64,000 nt of DNA. It comes from Camelus ferus. Lineage: Eukaryota. Of this stretch, positions 1 to 13,069 are shown piece by piece. Numbering within the stretch: the first letter of the stretch is position 1; every line of letters starts with the position of its first letter. The translations under genes and the position numbers were made by a program. The notes under the pieces were generated by a model, which was not told the origin of the DNA, ran no database searches, and saw only the letters and a program-made list of their open reading frames with translations. The DNA lies in the NCBI RefSeq assembly GCF_009834535.1, contig NC_045697.1:2978001-3042000 (forward strand). The letters are read 5' to 3'.

Positions 1-300
1 GGATGTGGGTGCAGGTGGTTTATCTGGAAAGTGGTCCCAGGAAGCATAAGTGGTCGGGGAGGAATGGGGCATTTGGATGAGTGGGTGGCCTCTGTGGGCC
101 GCTGGGGCGCGGTCCTGCTGGGGGGCCCCTGCAGAGCGTCCTCAGAGCTGTCTCACCAAGGGTGGGACTCTAGGGCTCTTGTCTTCTGGGGCAGAGGCCT
201 GGTCCTGGTGTGTGGGGTCCTGAACCCCACACTGCACTATGTACAGCTACGGCGGGGGAGCCGAGAGGTGGGGCGCGGGCCGGTGTCACCGCACAGCCGC
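1..300 (-). mobile_element. Degraded ERVL LTR fragment (LTR16-like)
   Basis: gcaggtggtttatctggaaagtggtcccaggaagca resembles the recalled reverse-complement LTR16 motif. Edges uncertain. Confidence 0.4.
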
Positions 301-759
301 AGAACCCACAGTGTCCCCCATAGCAGACCAGATGTGGCCCAGCCTCAGCCTGGATCAGGGCTGCCTCTGTTGCCAGGCGTCAGCAGCCCCTCCGGGGCTC
401 ACGGCCGTCCCGTGAGCAATGCGTGTTCACTCTGTCAGCAAGCTATTTTTTGAGCACCGGCCGTGTGCAGGGCCGTGCCCTTGCTGCTGGCCCCCAGACG
501 CTCTTGCTCGTGTTTCTCCTGCCACCTTCTCCCGCCCTCCCCTCCCCTCAATCCTGGAATTCCTTGTCCTCCTCTGTCTCCCACGCTCCCACTAGAACGT
601 CCATGACTATTTCCTCCACTCCTTTAGGGCCCTCCCCACTCAGGACCGGTGGGCAGGAGACAGAGCCCAGGGTCCCGCAGAGGACTTGTGTCTGGTCCTG
701 GCTGCTGTGTGGCCTGGGGCTAGGCACTGCCCCTCTCTGAAATGCCTCATCTCAGATGC

Positions 760-1032
760 TGTGGGTGGCGCTGAACAACAGCCCCCCAGTGATGTCCCTG
801 TTCTGATCCCTAGAATCTGTGACTGTGTCACCTTACATGGCAGAAGGGATTTTGAGGATGCGATTAAACCAAAGATCTTGCAATGAGATTATGCAGTGGG
901 GCCTATTTCACTGCAAGGGTCCTTCCAAGGAGGAGGCAGGAGGGTCAGAGACAAGGGGTGCGATGACGGAAGCAGAGGTCAGAGGAGAGAAGATGCAGGA
1001 AGGTGTCTTGAGTCAAGGGAGGCAGGCAGCCT
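760..1032 (+). mobile_element. MaLR LTR fragment (MLT1D-like)
   Basis: gatgtcc..tgatccctagaatctgtgactgtgtcaccttacatggcagaagggattttg..gattaa and gatgacggaagcagagg are MLT1 hallmarks. Confidence 0.75.
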
Positions 1033-2409
1033 TATTTTGCAAACAGAAGGTTGTTCCGCAACCTCTGAGGGACGTGATGCGGTGTCATTTCAGGGCACAT
1101 GGGCAGCCGGGGCTCCTGCCCCTCCCGGCCTCTGGCTCGAGGAAGGTCACTGAGCACCTGCGAGGGTCGAGGAGGAGACAGCATCATGGAGAACCGCCCA
1201 CTCGGTGCTGCGGCCTCACGCCGCCAGGGCCTGGGGTCACCCAACTCAGGACCTGGCCGGTGCACCACGTGGCTGTACCCCTCCTGACTAGGGGACGTGT
1301 CCAGACTTTTCTGAACATTCCGAGTGCTACCCCTAATTGTTTGCGGGTTACTGACAGGGAAACTGAGGCTGGACCTCAGGGATGTGCCTGGTAACTTGAC
1401 AGCCAGGATTCTAGCCTGGCGAGTTCCCAGGTCCAAAACCCTCACGGCCTCCTGCTGGCATAACCCTCTTAGATGTGAGGGGGCTTCCCTCTGCTGTTCC
1501 CTGGAGCCAGCACCTGAACCCCGGATGTGTGTGGGGCTTTGAGTCATCCACATCTGCAGGTCCTGAAACCACACACTCTGCCAGCTCATCCCCTGGAGAG
1601 AGCACAGTCTGATGCCCCTAGATGTGCGGGGAGCCCAGGGGAGTGAGACTGTGTCACTCGGGTGCTCCCACGTGAGTGGTGCCCAGGGGGTCGGAAGGCC
1701 CGGTACAAGCACAGGCGGGCAGTGGGGAAGCGAGGGGCCTATGAGGATCCGCAGACCATCCAGCATGGTTGGAGCGAGGGAGCCACGCTGGCTCCTGGCC
1801 CTCAGGACCCTCTGTGACACTTCTCGTCAGTGGAACCTGATCCAGTGGTTCTCCTCCAGCTCTGAGATCGGGCCTCATCTGCCAAGTGCTTGGGGAGCAG
1901 TTGTGGGGTGCAGAGTTACAAGCATCGGGTCCCTTGGGCACATCCCCGACATGCTGTGGAAATCAGGAAACATGATAGGTTTGAAAAAGCCCAGCGTCCA
2001 GCCCAGTGCCTCCCTGGCTGCCTCCCAGGGGTGCAGGTGTGGGTGTGGGGTGCAGCATCGAGCAGGGGGTGCAGATCAGGTGTGGGGAGGGTCTGAGTGC
2101 TAAGGTTGAAGGGTGGCACTGCCCACCCTCCCCTGGGCTGCCTCCGGAATCCTTGGGCCAGACCCCCACCCCGCTGGACCTCACTGCTGCCTTGCCTGCT
2201 GTCCCCTGCTGGCCCTCTCACCCTGCCGACTGATTCCCGGCCCGCTGGCCAGGCTGGGCCCCTCTGCCACCCTGCGGGGCCCGGGGCTGCCACTTGAGAG
2301 CCTTGTGCTGCCCCCGTCACTGCGGCCTCTGCCCGTCCTCCATCGGCCCCCATCTGTCGGAGAGGCCGTGGGGTTGGCAAAGGAGGAGTCAGCCTCCATC
2401 CTGGGGGTG

Positions 2410-2920
2410 TCCAGTAAGAGGGCTGCTGTCACCAAGGACCATAAACCTCTGGCTTAAAACAACAGTAATTTACTCTCTCACAGTTCTAGAGGCCAACCCC
2501 AGAACCCACGTCACTGGGCTGAAGTCAAGGTGTCGCCAGGCTGTGCCTCCTCCAGAGGCGCTGCGGAGAATCCACTCCCGGCCCCTCCAGCGTCAGTGGC
2601 TGCCAGCACTCCTTGGCTTGTGGCTGCATCACCGGCCTCAAGGCCGGCACCTTCGGCGCCTTCACACCCCTCTCCAGCCCATCCTCACGTGCCTCCTCCT
2701 CCGTGTGTGCGGTCCCATCTTCCTCCAGCCTCCCTAGGGTGCTTGTGACTACATTTAGGGCCCACCTGGAATTTCAGGAGACTCTCTCCCGCTCCAGGTC
2801 CTTTACCGTATCCCACCTGCAAAGACCAGCCCACCTTTTAACCAGTATAAGGTCACGCTCACAGGTCCTCAGTATTAGAACGTAGATGTATTTCGGGGGG
2901 CATGTTATTCAGCACACCCC
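2410..2920 (-). mobile_element. MaLR LTR (MLT1C/D-like)
   Basis: ggctgctgt..ggcttaaaacaacagtaatttactctctcacagttctagaggcc..gactacatttagggcccacctgga..ttattcagc. Confidence 0.75.
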
Positions 2921-3309
2921 AGGCAGCTTCTCAGACATTCTGGGACTCACCTTTCCCCCCACCGTGGGGGCTCTGGAAGAGCTGAGGGTCTGCGAGAAGG
3001 GTGTTACTCTTACAGCTGTTACTGCTAAGCCAGCTCGCTGTAAACATCCCCAGTCCCCGAGCTAGGCGCCATCAGGGACGCTGACTACCATGCGCCCAGT
3101 CTCCAGGGGAGCAGTCAGGCGAGGCGCACTGAGCCTCAAGTGCATTCGTGCCTTTGGTCGGAGAAGGCTGCTTCTGGGAATCTTCCAGAGAAGGGTTCTG
3201 AAACACAGATGTGAGTTTTGGGTGAAAGGTTGTCCACTGCAGGGTCACGTGCTCTGCAGGGGGCGTGTTCAGCCACGGACACTGGGTCAGTAAATCACCG
3301 TCCGTCTGC

Positions 3310-3772
3310 AGCAGCCTTTCTTCAACTTCGGGGGCTTAGGACCCCCTCACTCAGAATTACTGAGGACCCCAAAGAGCTTTTAAGTGCATTGTATTTACTG
3401 ATCTTTACTGTAGCAGACTTCAAAATGGTGAATTTTTAAACGTATTTCATTCACTGAGTTAGAATAATAGCCCTTTGTATGTTAATGTACGGGCGTTTCC
3501 AGAGAACAGAATGGCATTGCTGTACAGTTTTGCAGATCTCATTAACGTCTGACTTAATAGTCGGTGGCTGGAGCTTGCATCCGGCCTGTGTTCTGTCATC
3601 TGGGATGCCACATGTCACGGAGCCTCTGGAAAACTCTGCTGTGCACTGGGGAGAGAGGTAGCAACAGAGGAAAATAATATCTCAGTTCAATTATGAACAT
3701 GGCTTTGACCCCACCGGCACCCTGCTAGGGTCTTGGGGACCCCAGGGTTCCTAGACGACACTTGGAACTGGT
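3310..3772. mobile_element. hAT-Charlie-like DNA transposon relic
   Basis: AT-rich block with actgaggaccccaaagagctttt and a terminal ..gggtcttggggaccccagg..cacttggaactg. Family assignment is from memory. Confidence 0.5.
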
Positions 3773-4205
3773 GATAAAAGATGGAGTATTATGCAGTCAT
3801 TAAAAGGCTCGTGACAGACTAGTACAACGCACGTGTCCATGCCGGTGATGAACAAAGAATGTAAGGTCACAACTGTATACACAGTTTCATCTGCAGAATA
3901 TGCAGGAAAACAACACACTGGGAGAAAGTAGATAAAAATTCAAGAGTTATGGACAACTGCCCCTTTTCACCTAGTGCTTGGCCGCTTTCTTGCCCCTGCT
4001 TACTCATTTTAGGGCTGTGTGGGGGACGGGGTTTTGTTCGGCACTGGGGCTCAAGAGGCTTGATGCGCGAGCAGCTGTCCGCCCCGCTGGCAGCATCCGG
4101 CTTCTGCTCCAGGGACGACATTCTCTATTTTGGGAGGTGGACTTCCACCGCGGAACTAGGCTTGTGAGTGGCATTGATGTGAGTGGTGATACAAACACAG
4201 GCATT

Positions 4206-4209
<4 letters not shown>

Positions 4210-4246
<37 letters not shown>

Positions 4247-4258
4247 TGTGTGTGTGTG
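4210..4258. repeat. (TG)n microsatellite
   Basis: About 24 GT units with one tt interruption. Confidence 0.97.
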
Positions 4259-4584
4259 GTCTTGGGGTCAGTTAGTCTACTGTTATAGAGCGGAGCTCTT
4301 TGTGGCCGATGAGGAGCTGGGAGCTGGTCTGAAATTCCACATCCTCTGCCAGAACCTTGCCCCAGCAGGGCTCCAGCAGAGAGCTAAATATACCCCGGGT
4401 GTGCGCTGGCAGCCCAGGCGCCCAGCCCCCGCCGGCCGCAGAGCAGAGCTCAGGGGACTGATCGATATGTCTAATAAAGACCGACGTCCGCCGTTCACGA
4501 AGTGTCCCGCGACGCCGGGCGGGGCGGCGGGGCTGCCCGGGCTCTGTCTTTAATGCCGCAGGTCCCTATGGGATGGGGATTCCT

Positions 4585-4690
4585 GCTCCCCATTTGCAGA
4601 CAAGGGCAAGCGACTGAGACAGGAGGCGTGACCTTCCCAAGGTCACACGGCTGGTAAGGGGGAGGTGCCCGGGTCCGGGAGCGCCCCGTG
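4585..4690 (+). mobile_element. MIR SINE fragment
   Basis: cccatttgcagac..actgagacagga..tgaccttcccaaggtcacacggctggtaag (MIR core). Confidence 0.65.
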
Positions 4691-4874
4691 CCGCCTCCCC
4701 GCCCCTGAAGAGTGTGTGTCTCCCCACTGAGTTCTTCGGAGTTGAGGAGGATTGTTACACTTTCCCAAGAACTTTTGTCTTGCAGATGGAAAAGAACAGA
4801 GGTAACAATTACAATAGCAGCCCCAGACAGTGCTGCCACTGAGTCCTCCCAACACTGTCAGGGTGGCTTCCATG

Positions 4875-4990
4875 ACTGCCCATTTTACAGGTGGGGACAT
4901 GAAGGCCAGGTGACCTTGAGAAACCTGCCCCGAGGGAGCGCCCAGCTGGTGGGAGAGCCGCGTCTGAACCCAGGCAGCCTCCTCCCAGCT
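4875..4990 (+). mobile_element. MIR SINE fragment
   Basis: cccattttacaggtgggga..aacctgccc..cagctggtgggagagccg..tgaacccaggcag. Confidence 0.6.
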
Positions 4991-7900
4991 CCTGGCTTCT
5001 GCTGAGCTCCGTGTCGCTCCCTCCCCTCCCTCGCCACCCGCGTGAAATGTGGGCCGCCCCACTCCCTGCGCGGCCGGGCCTGGGTTCACGTGCCGTCCGA
5101 GGGTCTGCGGTTCTCCTCCACACCTCGCCTCGCCGAGTGGCCGGCTGCTGCTCCGCCGGCTGGGCTGGGGCGTGGCTGGACTGGATGACACCGTCACCAG
5201 GAGGAGGCGGTGGCGTGGGGGTGTGGGACAGCATTCTGAAAGGGACTTCTAGAGAAACTATCCTCTTTTTTGCTCAAAATATGACCCACAGCCTCCAAGA
5301 CTGGCACCTTGGGAAGGATGTCTTGTTGGAAATGGGGTCTTGCAGGTCCTTCCTGCCCTGCCCCTGGGGGCTGCCTCCCCACCGATGCCCTGCTCTGAGC
5401 TTTTCTGCCTGCCTTCCCCTCACTCTGTGGGCACCCCTGAGCCCGGCAGGAGACCCCAAAAGGGCTCTGCTCTGGATGTGGGGGTGACAGTGGGACAGTC
5501 GGGCCTCAGCCTGCCTCCTAACCATGGCATCTCCTGGGGAACCCCTGAAAGCAGTCTGCAGGGAGGGGGTGGCTCCTCGAATCCCACCCCCCTACTAAGT
5601 GCCTGTTTCCCTTGCGAGGCCCTGCCTCTGCCTGGGGCGGCCGAAACCGGGAAGGACGCCCCTTTCACGGCAGAGCCTGCCCTCTCCCTGGGCCGCGCAG
5701 GCCAGCCAGCCAGCCCGGCACCCACGAGGTGGGGAGCAGAGGCAGTGCTTCCATCTGAGGGCATGGCTGGGCCCCAGAGGTGACCCTGACGCTGCTCCTC
5801 CCTCCTGACGCTTCCAGCCGAGTGAGAAACACAGACAGCACGTGATGAAAACACAGCCTGAGAAAGTACTTGATCAGCATGGTGGCCTGTCCTGGGGAGG
5901 GCCAGGCCCCAGAGGGAAGCGGCACCTTCCTTCAGCCCCCTGGGGGTCGAGGCGCAGCCCCTGGCTTGGAAGCCTGCGCACCCCCACCACCACTACCCAC
6001 GCAGCGGGGATGCCCACGACCCAGGGCTTGGCAGCCCACCCCTCGAGCCCTTGCCACCCAGACCCGGCCCTGTGTGTTGTTTCATTCAAGAGAGCAGACA
6101 TGGCTTGGGACAGACGTGGCCTCTTCTGAGACTTACCACATCTTACTAAACCTGGTAGCTCTCAGGTTGTGGGATGGGGAGGACGCCCCGTGATTCTGGG
6201 TGACGAGGTGTGTGCCTGCTGCCTCTGAGGTGAGAGCCACGGCAAATGCCACATGCTCACCCTGGAGGCTGGGGCCCCTGCCCGGCCCCCGCTGGGCCAT
6301 GTCGGGCAGTGCCCTCTGGAAGTACAGTCTGGCCAGGGGGGCTGTCCTGGGAGCGGATGGTCACAAGGGCGGGCTTCAGTGCCATGTAGGCTGGAGAGAC
6401 GTAGAGATGCAGAGAAGGGGCTCGGGCCAGGACAGAGACCCTGGCAGCGGCCCGGCCCTCACCGCCCCAGTTCTGGGAAAGACGGTTACACCAGGAATAG
6501 AACCTTTTATTTCCCACGGCACCACCCGACTCTCGGGGCTGCAGCAAGTTGGAGGGGAATGACACTAGTGGCGGGGATCTGTGGCCTGAGGTAGGTGGGG
6601 ACAGTCACTGGCCGCCTGGGTGGCATCAGGATGGCAGCGCCCCACAGCGCTTCCCTCTGCAGCAGCGACCCGGGTGTTGGTGTCACTTCCTGCTCGGAGC
6701 CAGGGAGCAGGGGCTCACGCCCAAGGCGGTGGGCCCACACAACGTGCAGGCTGCTCTCTGGGACGTTTGGAAGTCTGCTTGGCCCCAAGCATGCAGACAA
6801 GAGAAATTTCACAATGCAGCCCTTGCCCTGGCCTGGCAAGTCAGCATCTTGTCCCAAGTTCTCGTTTTACAGGAGGATGGGGCGGGGAGCGGCCTGGAGA
6901 GCTGGAGGTCAGGTGTAATGACCTTGCAGGAGGCGCCCACACTTGTGGATTGGCTGCGCCCAGACTTGCAGACAGATCTGCTCGTGACACTGAGCACAGC
7001 CTGATCCACACTCCCTTTGTTTCTGGAAGTGGAATTATTCCAATATTGATTACTTGGCTCTGCTTGAGAAAAGAGACCCGATTTCCATTTATATTTGGCA
7101 AAGGCCGTCTCCCTGGGTGCCCAAGAGCTTCTGCGGGAGGGAAAATGAATTGCAGGGCAGGCTCTGAAGGAGGCCATGTGTGGCTGAGGTCTTGCCGAGG
7201 AGGGAGAGGGGCCGGTGATTACCTGTCGGGCACATTTGGGGCCCAGACTTGTGGATCTTATAACCCGTAAGATGACAGCTTGTCTTCACTCGAGCCGTTA
7301 CTCCTCCGAGCACGTGGATGCTTATGACCCCCCTAGAGCTTCCCCAGGATCCTCAGAGAAACTTAGGGTTCTGAGGCTTGGGGGGAGGGCAGCGGAGGCC
7401 ACGCGGCCAGAACTACAGCAGCAATTCGAGCAGAGCCCAGGGCTGTCTGTCCGTGTCCAGGCCCTTCCCACCACCCTGCTGGGAGAACGCGAGGTGCAGA
7501 CGGCGAGGGCGGGGCGGGGAGCGGCCAGAGCTGGAAGTCCGGTGTAATGACCTTGCAGGAGGCGTGTCCACGGGGCAGCAGGCCTTGCCATTGATTTTAA
7601 TGAGAAAAGAGGCTTTAAAAGACACTGCTCACACACCCAGGCCTCTTGGAATTGAGTAAGGGTTTATTCATCCTCCGAAGCTCTTCTCGGCTGCTGAGCC
7701 TCCAGGCTGGCAGGCTAGGCCACAGGCGTCTCTCCTTCTAAGCTGCTGGGGGCTCTTGTCTTCTCCCCACACACATCCGGGTGCCACCCTGTGCCACCAG
7801 GGGCCTTACAGAGAGGGACCCAGCCTCTTCCTGGGGTGCCACTCTTACTTGAGTTGTTGGGGATCTTTTGTCGTCATCACGTTGGCAGCAGGCGCAGCAG

Positions 7901-8221
7901 GAGGAGCAGCCGTGCAGCAAACAAGACAGGCGTTTGTGTTTGCAGGAGCGGGTGACTGAAGAGGAGACGGTCCGCGCCTCCCACCAGCCGTGGCCAGCCT
8001 TCCCCTCCGCGCGGGCCCGCCTCGCAAAGCCTCAGGCATCGCACTGTGCTGTCCTCCCGGGACATCAGCCCGTGGGACAGCACCCAGTGAGCCCTCCCCC
8101 AGCACCGGACACGCTGGCAGCACGCTTAGCAGCCGCTGCCTGTGATTCTATCCAGTGGGTTTTCTGTGGTTGGTTTGAACACATTCTCTTTCCGTCACTA
8201 GGTGCAGAGTGTTATTTGCAT

Positions 8222-8865
8222 TTTTAATCATTTTTTTAATTGTAAAACATGTGTAATATAAACTGTGCTATTTTAACCATTTTTAAGTGTGCAGTTCAGT
8301 GGCGTTCAGTAAATTCACATTGTTGTGAAACCTTCACCACTGTCCATCTCCAGAACTTTTTCCATCATCCTCAACAAACTCTGACCCCATTAAGTCGCTC
8401 CTCACCTGCCTTCTCTCCCCCAGCCTCTCCCCCGAGTCACGACTGTTTTGTTTTCTGCCTCTGTGCATTTGACAAATCCAGGGACCTCCTATCAGTGCTG
8501 TCACATGGGATTTGTCCTTTTGTGACTAGCTTATGTCACTGAGTGTAATGTCCTCAAGGTTCATCCCTGCTGTAGCAGGTGTCAGAACTTCCTTCCTTTT
8601 CAAGGCTGAATCATATTCCATGTAGGGATGGACTATATTTTGTCCATCCATCCATCCATCCTTCCGTGGACACTCTGGTTGCTTCCACTGCTTGGCTCCT
8701 GGGCTTGATGCTCCTGTGGATGTGGGTGTGCCTGTATCTGTCTGAACACCTGCTTCCATTTCCTGGGGGCACATGCCAGGGAGGAGTGTTGGGTCAAAGG
8801 GTCTCTCTGTTTCATTTCTGGAGGCACTGTCATGCCATTTTCCTGGTGGTCATGCTACTTTACAG
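8222..8865 (-). mobile_element. L1 3' end (L1MB-like)
   Basis: T-tract then ttaaccatttttaagtgtgcagttcagtggc..ctccagaactttt..caaggttcatcc..gctgaatcatattcca. The minus-strand ORF remnant WKQPECP..EYDSALKRKEVL matches the L1 ORF2 end. Confidence 0.85.
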
Positions 8866-9764
8866 TCAGCGAGGGGTATTTTGGGGGCAGGGCCTCCGAG
8901 CCCACCTGGCAGGAGTTGGACTCCTTGGCTTGTGCAGAGCCAGTCCCGCCCGCCCTCCCTTCCGCGCACTCCCTGTGCTTGGCTGCACCGAGCTCTGGAG
9001 GTTCCCCAAGTGAGCTGCACCCTCCCCGCCCCAAAAATCTTTACCCAGCCTGTTCCCTTCTTGGGGTGCCTTCCTTCCCTGCCCCTTCCCCATCCGCCCG
9101 CACCTGCCCCAGGGGTGGGTGTCCTACTGGTCCCCCGGCCCCCTTGTGGCTCCTGCTCTTGCCCCCACTGACACACATTCTTGTCCACTCGTCTGAGTGA
9201 GTCTGTGTCCTTTCCATCTGCCTCCTTCTCCTTCTACCGGGACCCCAAAGTGGGCACTGTGTCCCCCAGCTCAGAATCCTCTGAGCCCATGAGGGCCTGT
9301 GCAGAGTCGGGGCCTGGCACCGCTGGGGTCTAGATGCCTGGGCAGTGTCAGGGTGGGTGATCCGGGGCCACAGCTCCATCAGGCAGGGCAGCCTCGGTTC
9401 CCCGAGGCCTGAGCGGGAGCGCGGCTGTGCTGGGGAAGTCACATCTGGACCCAAGGCCACCTGCAGGGCACAGCCCCAGGCAACGAGGGATAAATTTAGC
9501 CACACGGATGGGAAAATGTCCTCCGTCTTCCTTCCTCCGCTTCCCTCAGCCCTGTGGGCGTGCCTCAGCATGGGGCTCGGGTGGCTCCCCTCAGCCCACC
9601 CCACTGCCTGGTGATGCAGGGATGCTGGTGTGTCATGGACCACAAAGCAGACCTGATGGGGTCAGCGAGTGAAGCCCCTCTTCTCCTGGCTCAGCCAGAG
9701 CCACCCCCCACAACACCTTCCTGCATTGGAGTTTTGCTGCCCTGGACATAGGGCAAATTAAATC

Positions 9765-10245
9765 TTAGTAAAATAAATACACCATTAGATTTACCATCTT
9801 AGCCGTCGTTAAGTGCACAGTTCTGTGGCATTAAGTACATTCACATTGTGCGACCATCACCACCACCATTTCCAGAACTCTTCTCATCTTGCAAAACTGA
9901 AACTCTGTCCCCATTAAACACCAGCCCCCTCCCCCCTCCCCCAGCTCCTGGCAATCACCAGTCTGCTTTCTGTCTCTAGAGTTTGTCTGCTCTAGGGACC
10001 TCACAGAAGTGGAGACATACAACGTTCGTCCTTTGTGACTGGCCTGTTTCTCTGGGCGTAGCATCCTCCACTCCACGGTCATCTGTGCTGTAGCAGGGCT
10101 CAGATCTCCCTCCTCTTTCAACTGGCTCATACTCTGCTGAACAGACCACGTTTTGTTTGTCCGCCCGTCTGACCACGGCCGCTCTCCCCTCTGGCTTGTG
10201 AACGATGCTGTTATGATAACGGGTGTGCAAATGCACAGCTGGGTT
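9765..10245 (-). mobile_element. L1 3' end (L1MB-like)
   Basis: aagtgcacagttctgtggcattaagtacattcacattgtgcgaccatcaccacc..ttgcaaaactgaaactctgtccccattaaaca. Confidence 0.85.
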
Positions 10246-10929
10246 TTCATGGCCCCGCCAGCAGCTCTGTGGCAGGCGACCCAGTGCCGTCCTGTGGTCT
10301 GGCCCCCAGCAAAGCACTTAAGGTGCAGCGCTTCACTGGTCGCTCGCCACCGTCCAGTGAACTGGATGGTCCGGGTGCCCCTTAACTGAAGCTGGGAGGT
10401 GAGAGGACTTCGTGCCATGCCAGCCTCGGGCGAGATGCTAGGATGCTGGGTGGAGGGTTTTCCACGTTCAGGGCCCGTGCCTTCACCCTTCCCGGGGAGC
10501 GTCCAGCTGCCTGCGTGCGTTCATCCATTCTCGGTCATTCGTTCATTCATTGAACACTAAGTAGGTCCACTCTCCTCTTTGCCTTGGGCTGGGCCAAACG
10601 AGATGCATCAAGCTCTGTCCCACCGTTAGAAGCTCACAAGCTGGGGGACTGAATCACACAGAAGCAAAGAACAGGCAGTCGACCATTATGTCTGCCGCAG
10701 GTGCTGGCAGTGGGCAGGTGGTGGTGTGTGCAAACCACGCATTTGCCAGCTGTGTCTACAGGTGGGGAAACCAAGGGCCGGGAGAGCAGAGGGCTTCCTC
10801 AGCCACAGACCCAGGGGTTCTGAGCCTCAGGTCTGTCTCTGTCACTGCAGTTTTTTTTTTCAGGATCTGCGAGGATAAAATTAGCAAGTCCTGATCCATC
10901 CTGTGTCTGGGGAGTTGTCTGTCTTCTTC

Positions 10930-11900
10930 GTCAGTTTTTCCCCCCAATTCTTTCTTTTGAAAAGTTTTAAGCATATAGAAAAGTTGGGGGGAAAGAACCA
11001 GTACAATGAACACCCTGTAATAATTGCATCTGGATGCAACAGTTATCCACATTTTGCTACATTTGGCTACATTTTGCCCTCTCTCTCTTTTCTAAACTAC
11101 GTGGAAGTGAGCTGCGCCCTAACCCTTCCGTGCTTAGCACACGTCAGAACCTGAATATCACCTACGGGAAGTCCACGTTCCCGTCCCCCTCCCCTCGGGG
11201 CACCTTGACAGACCGACGTTTGTCTGCCTTTTCTCCTCCAGCATCCTGTCCTGCACCACCCACAACTGCTTAGCATGTCTCTGTCTTTAGTCTCCTTTAT
11301 TCTAGAAGGTTCTTCCCACCTTTTTGCTTTTGTTTTTCTTTCATGCCACTGACAGTTAGAGTCCAGACCTGCTTTCCTGTGGATTGTCCCCCATCTGGAT
11401 TGGTCTCTTTCTTGGAGATAAGATACGGGCTGAGCGTTTTTGGCAAGAAGCCGCCGCTGTGACCCGCATCCCGCTCGGGAGGCACATATGCTTTCAGATT
11501 TTTAGCACAGCCTGTGTGCACCCAGCGGAGACGAGGGTTCTTACACATACGTCGTTCCACCCTCGTGAAAACAGACCTCTAAGTGGAAGAAACAAGTATT
11601 CCCGGAACTGGAGTTGTTTAACTGGGACTGCCTTCTGCCAAACCGCTCCCCCCAGAGGCTGCCCTAATTTACTCCTTTACCAAAAGGCAAGAGAGTCCCT
11701 TGTCCCCACCCCCTCCCAGCCCAACAGGACAGGGGCAGTCTTTTTGTGTTTGCCAACTGATGGGAAAAGGGCACCTCCCTGCTTTAGTTTGCCTTCCCCG
11801 GGTGCCCGAGGGCATTTTTCCAGCTTCCGGGTCATTTGTGTTTCTGTGAATTTGCTGTTCTGTCCTTTGCTTGTTTTCCGTGGGGCTGCTTGTCTGTCTG
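10930..11900 (-). mobile_element. Old L1M (L1MD/ME-like) fragments
   Basis: ttttaagcatatagaaaagttg..tacaatgaacaccc; ttgtccccatctggatt..; cctaatttactcc..; highly degraded. Confidence 0.5.
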
Positions 11901-13069
11901 TATTGAGAAGGAGGCAGATAGGTGTGTGCCCTGGGCTCTGTCAGGCAGGGCGCGAGCCGTCTCCGCCGGAAAGCCGGCAGCCTCGTCTGGGGGCCCGGGA
12001 TGGGGTGCGTGCTGGGGACAGTGGGCAGGTCAGGGGCGCCAGGAGGCCGTGTCCAGGTGTGTTGTTGGGCAGAGAAGGCAGTGCTGTCCTAGGAGAAGGT
12101 CTCTGAGCGGGGAGACAGAAACTCCATCACCTCCAGCCTTCCTCACTGGCAACTTCCCTGCTCAGCAGGCTCGGGGGGCCGCCGAGACCCCCACCAGTGA
12201 AATCCAAATGCCTCCCAGCAGCCTCCTCTTGCTCTCGGCTCCTTGGGCCTCGGGGCTTTCACACCTGCCGACGCCTCTGCTGGACTCGTCCACCCGCTCT
12301 TAACTGATGCCTTCATAGGGCCGGGGCTGCCTCCTCCGAGAGGCCACCAGACACAGCGGACGCCGTGCGCCGCTGCCCTGCTTTCTCCTTCGTTAACACT
12401 GATCACGGGTCAGCCTGCACCTTACTTGGTTTCCCCGTCTGTGTCTGTCCCCCTGCTAGCCTACCAGCGCCATGCGGGACGGGATCCCTGAGCGCCTTGC
12501 GCCTGGCCGGGGGACTTAGCCAACAGACCCTTATTCCTCGTTATGCAGATGGGGCCGCCACCAACTAGCCCCACCCTGGGGCGTCTGGGGCAGTCCTGCT
12601 CAGCCACCTCATGGTTGATGTTTGGGGGTCTCTGCTGTCTTTTCCCTTAGGGGACCCCAGGCTTGCTATCTCAGGAGCACCTGTGTCTCAGATGGTCCCG
12701 CGGACACTGTCAGGTGGCCGTGATGTGGTCCTTCAAGAGCATAGCTCCTCCCACATGAACAGGGCAAGAAGGGTGGACTGAGCATGCGGTCCAGCCAGGC
12801 TGGGTGTCGGGGACAAGGAGTTTGGTCTCAATCTGGGAGGCCTGGTGAGCCCCCGGAGAAGGCACTCAGTGCTGGGGACCCAGAGTTCAGCCTGGCAGGG
12901 AGGGAGGACCATTGATGGAGGGCAGGGTCTCAAAAAGTGAGAAATGGGGCGGGCGGGAGGAGTCAGAGAAGGGGATGCCCTGCGAGGTCCAGGGAGAAAG
13001 CGCTTGCTGTAACTCGGACGGCTCGTGCTGGCTGCTCCGAGACCATGGATGGTTTTGGTGACAGGTCCG

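Noticed and set aside
4468..4553. Short ORF MSNKDRRPPFTKC... as an alternative first coding exon
   Set aside because: Ends in TAA and has no credible phase-1 donor to join exon 2.
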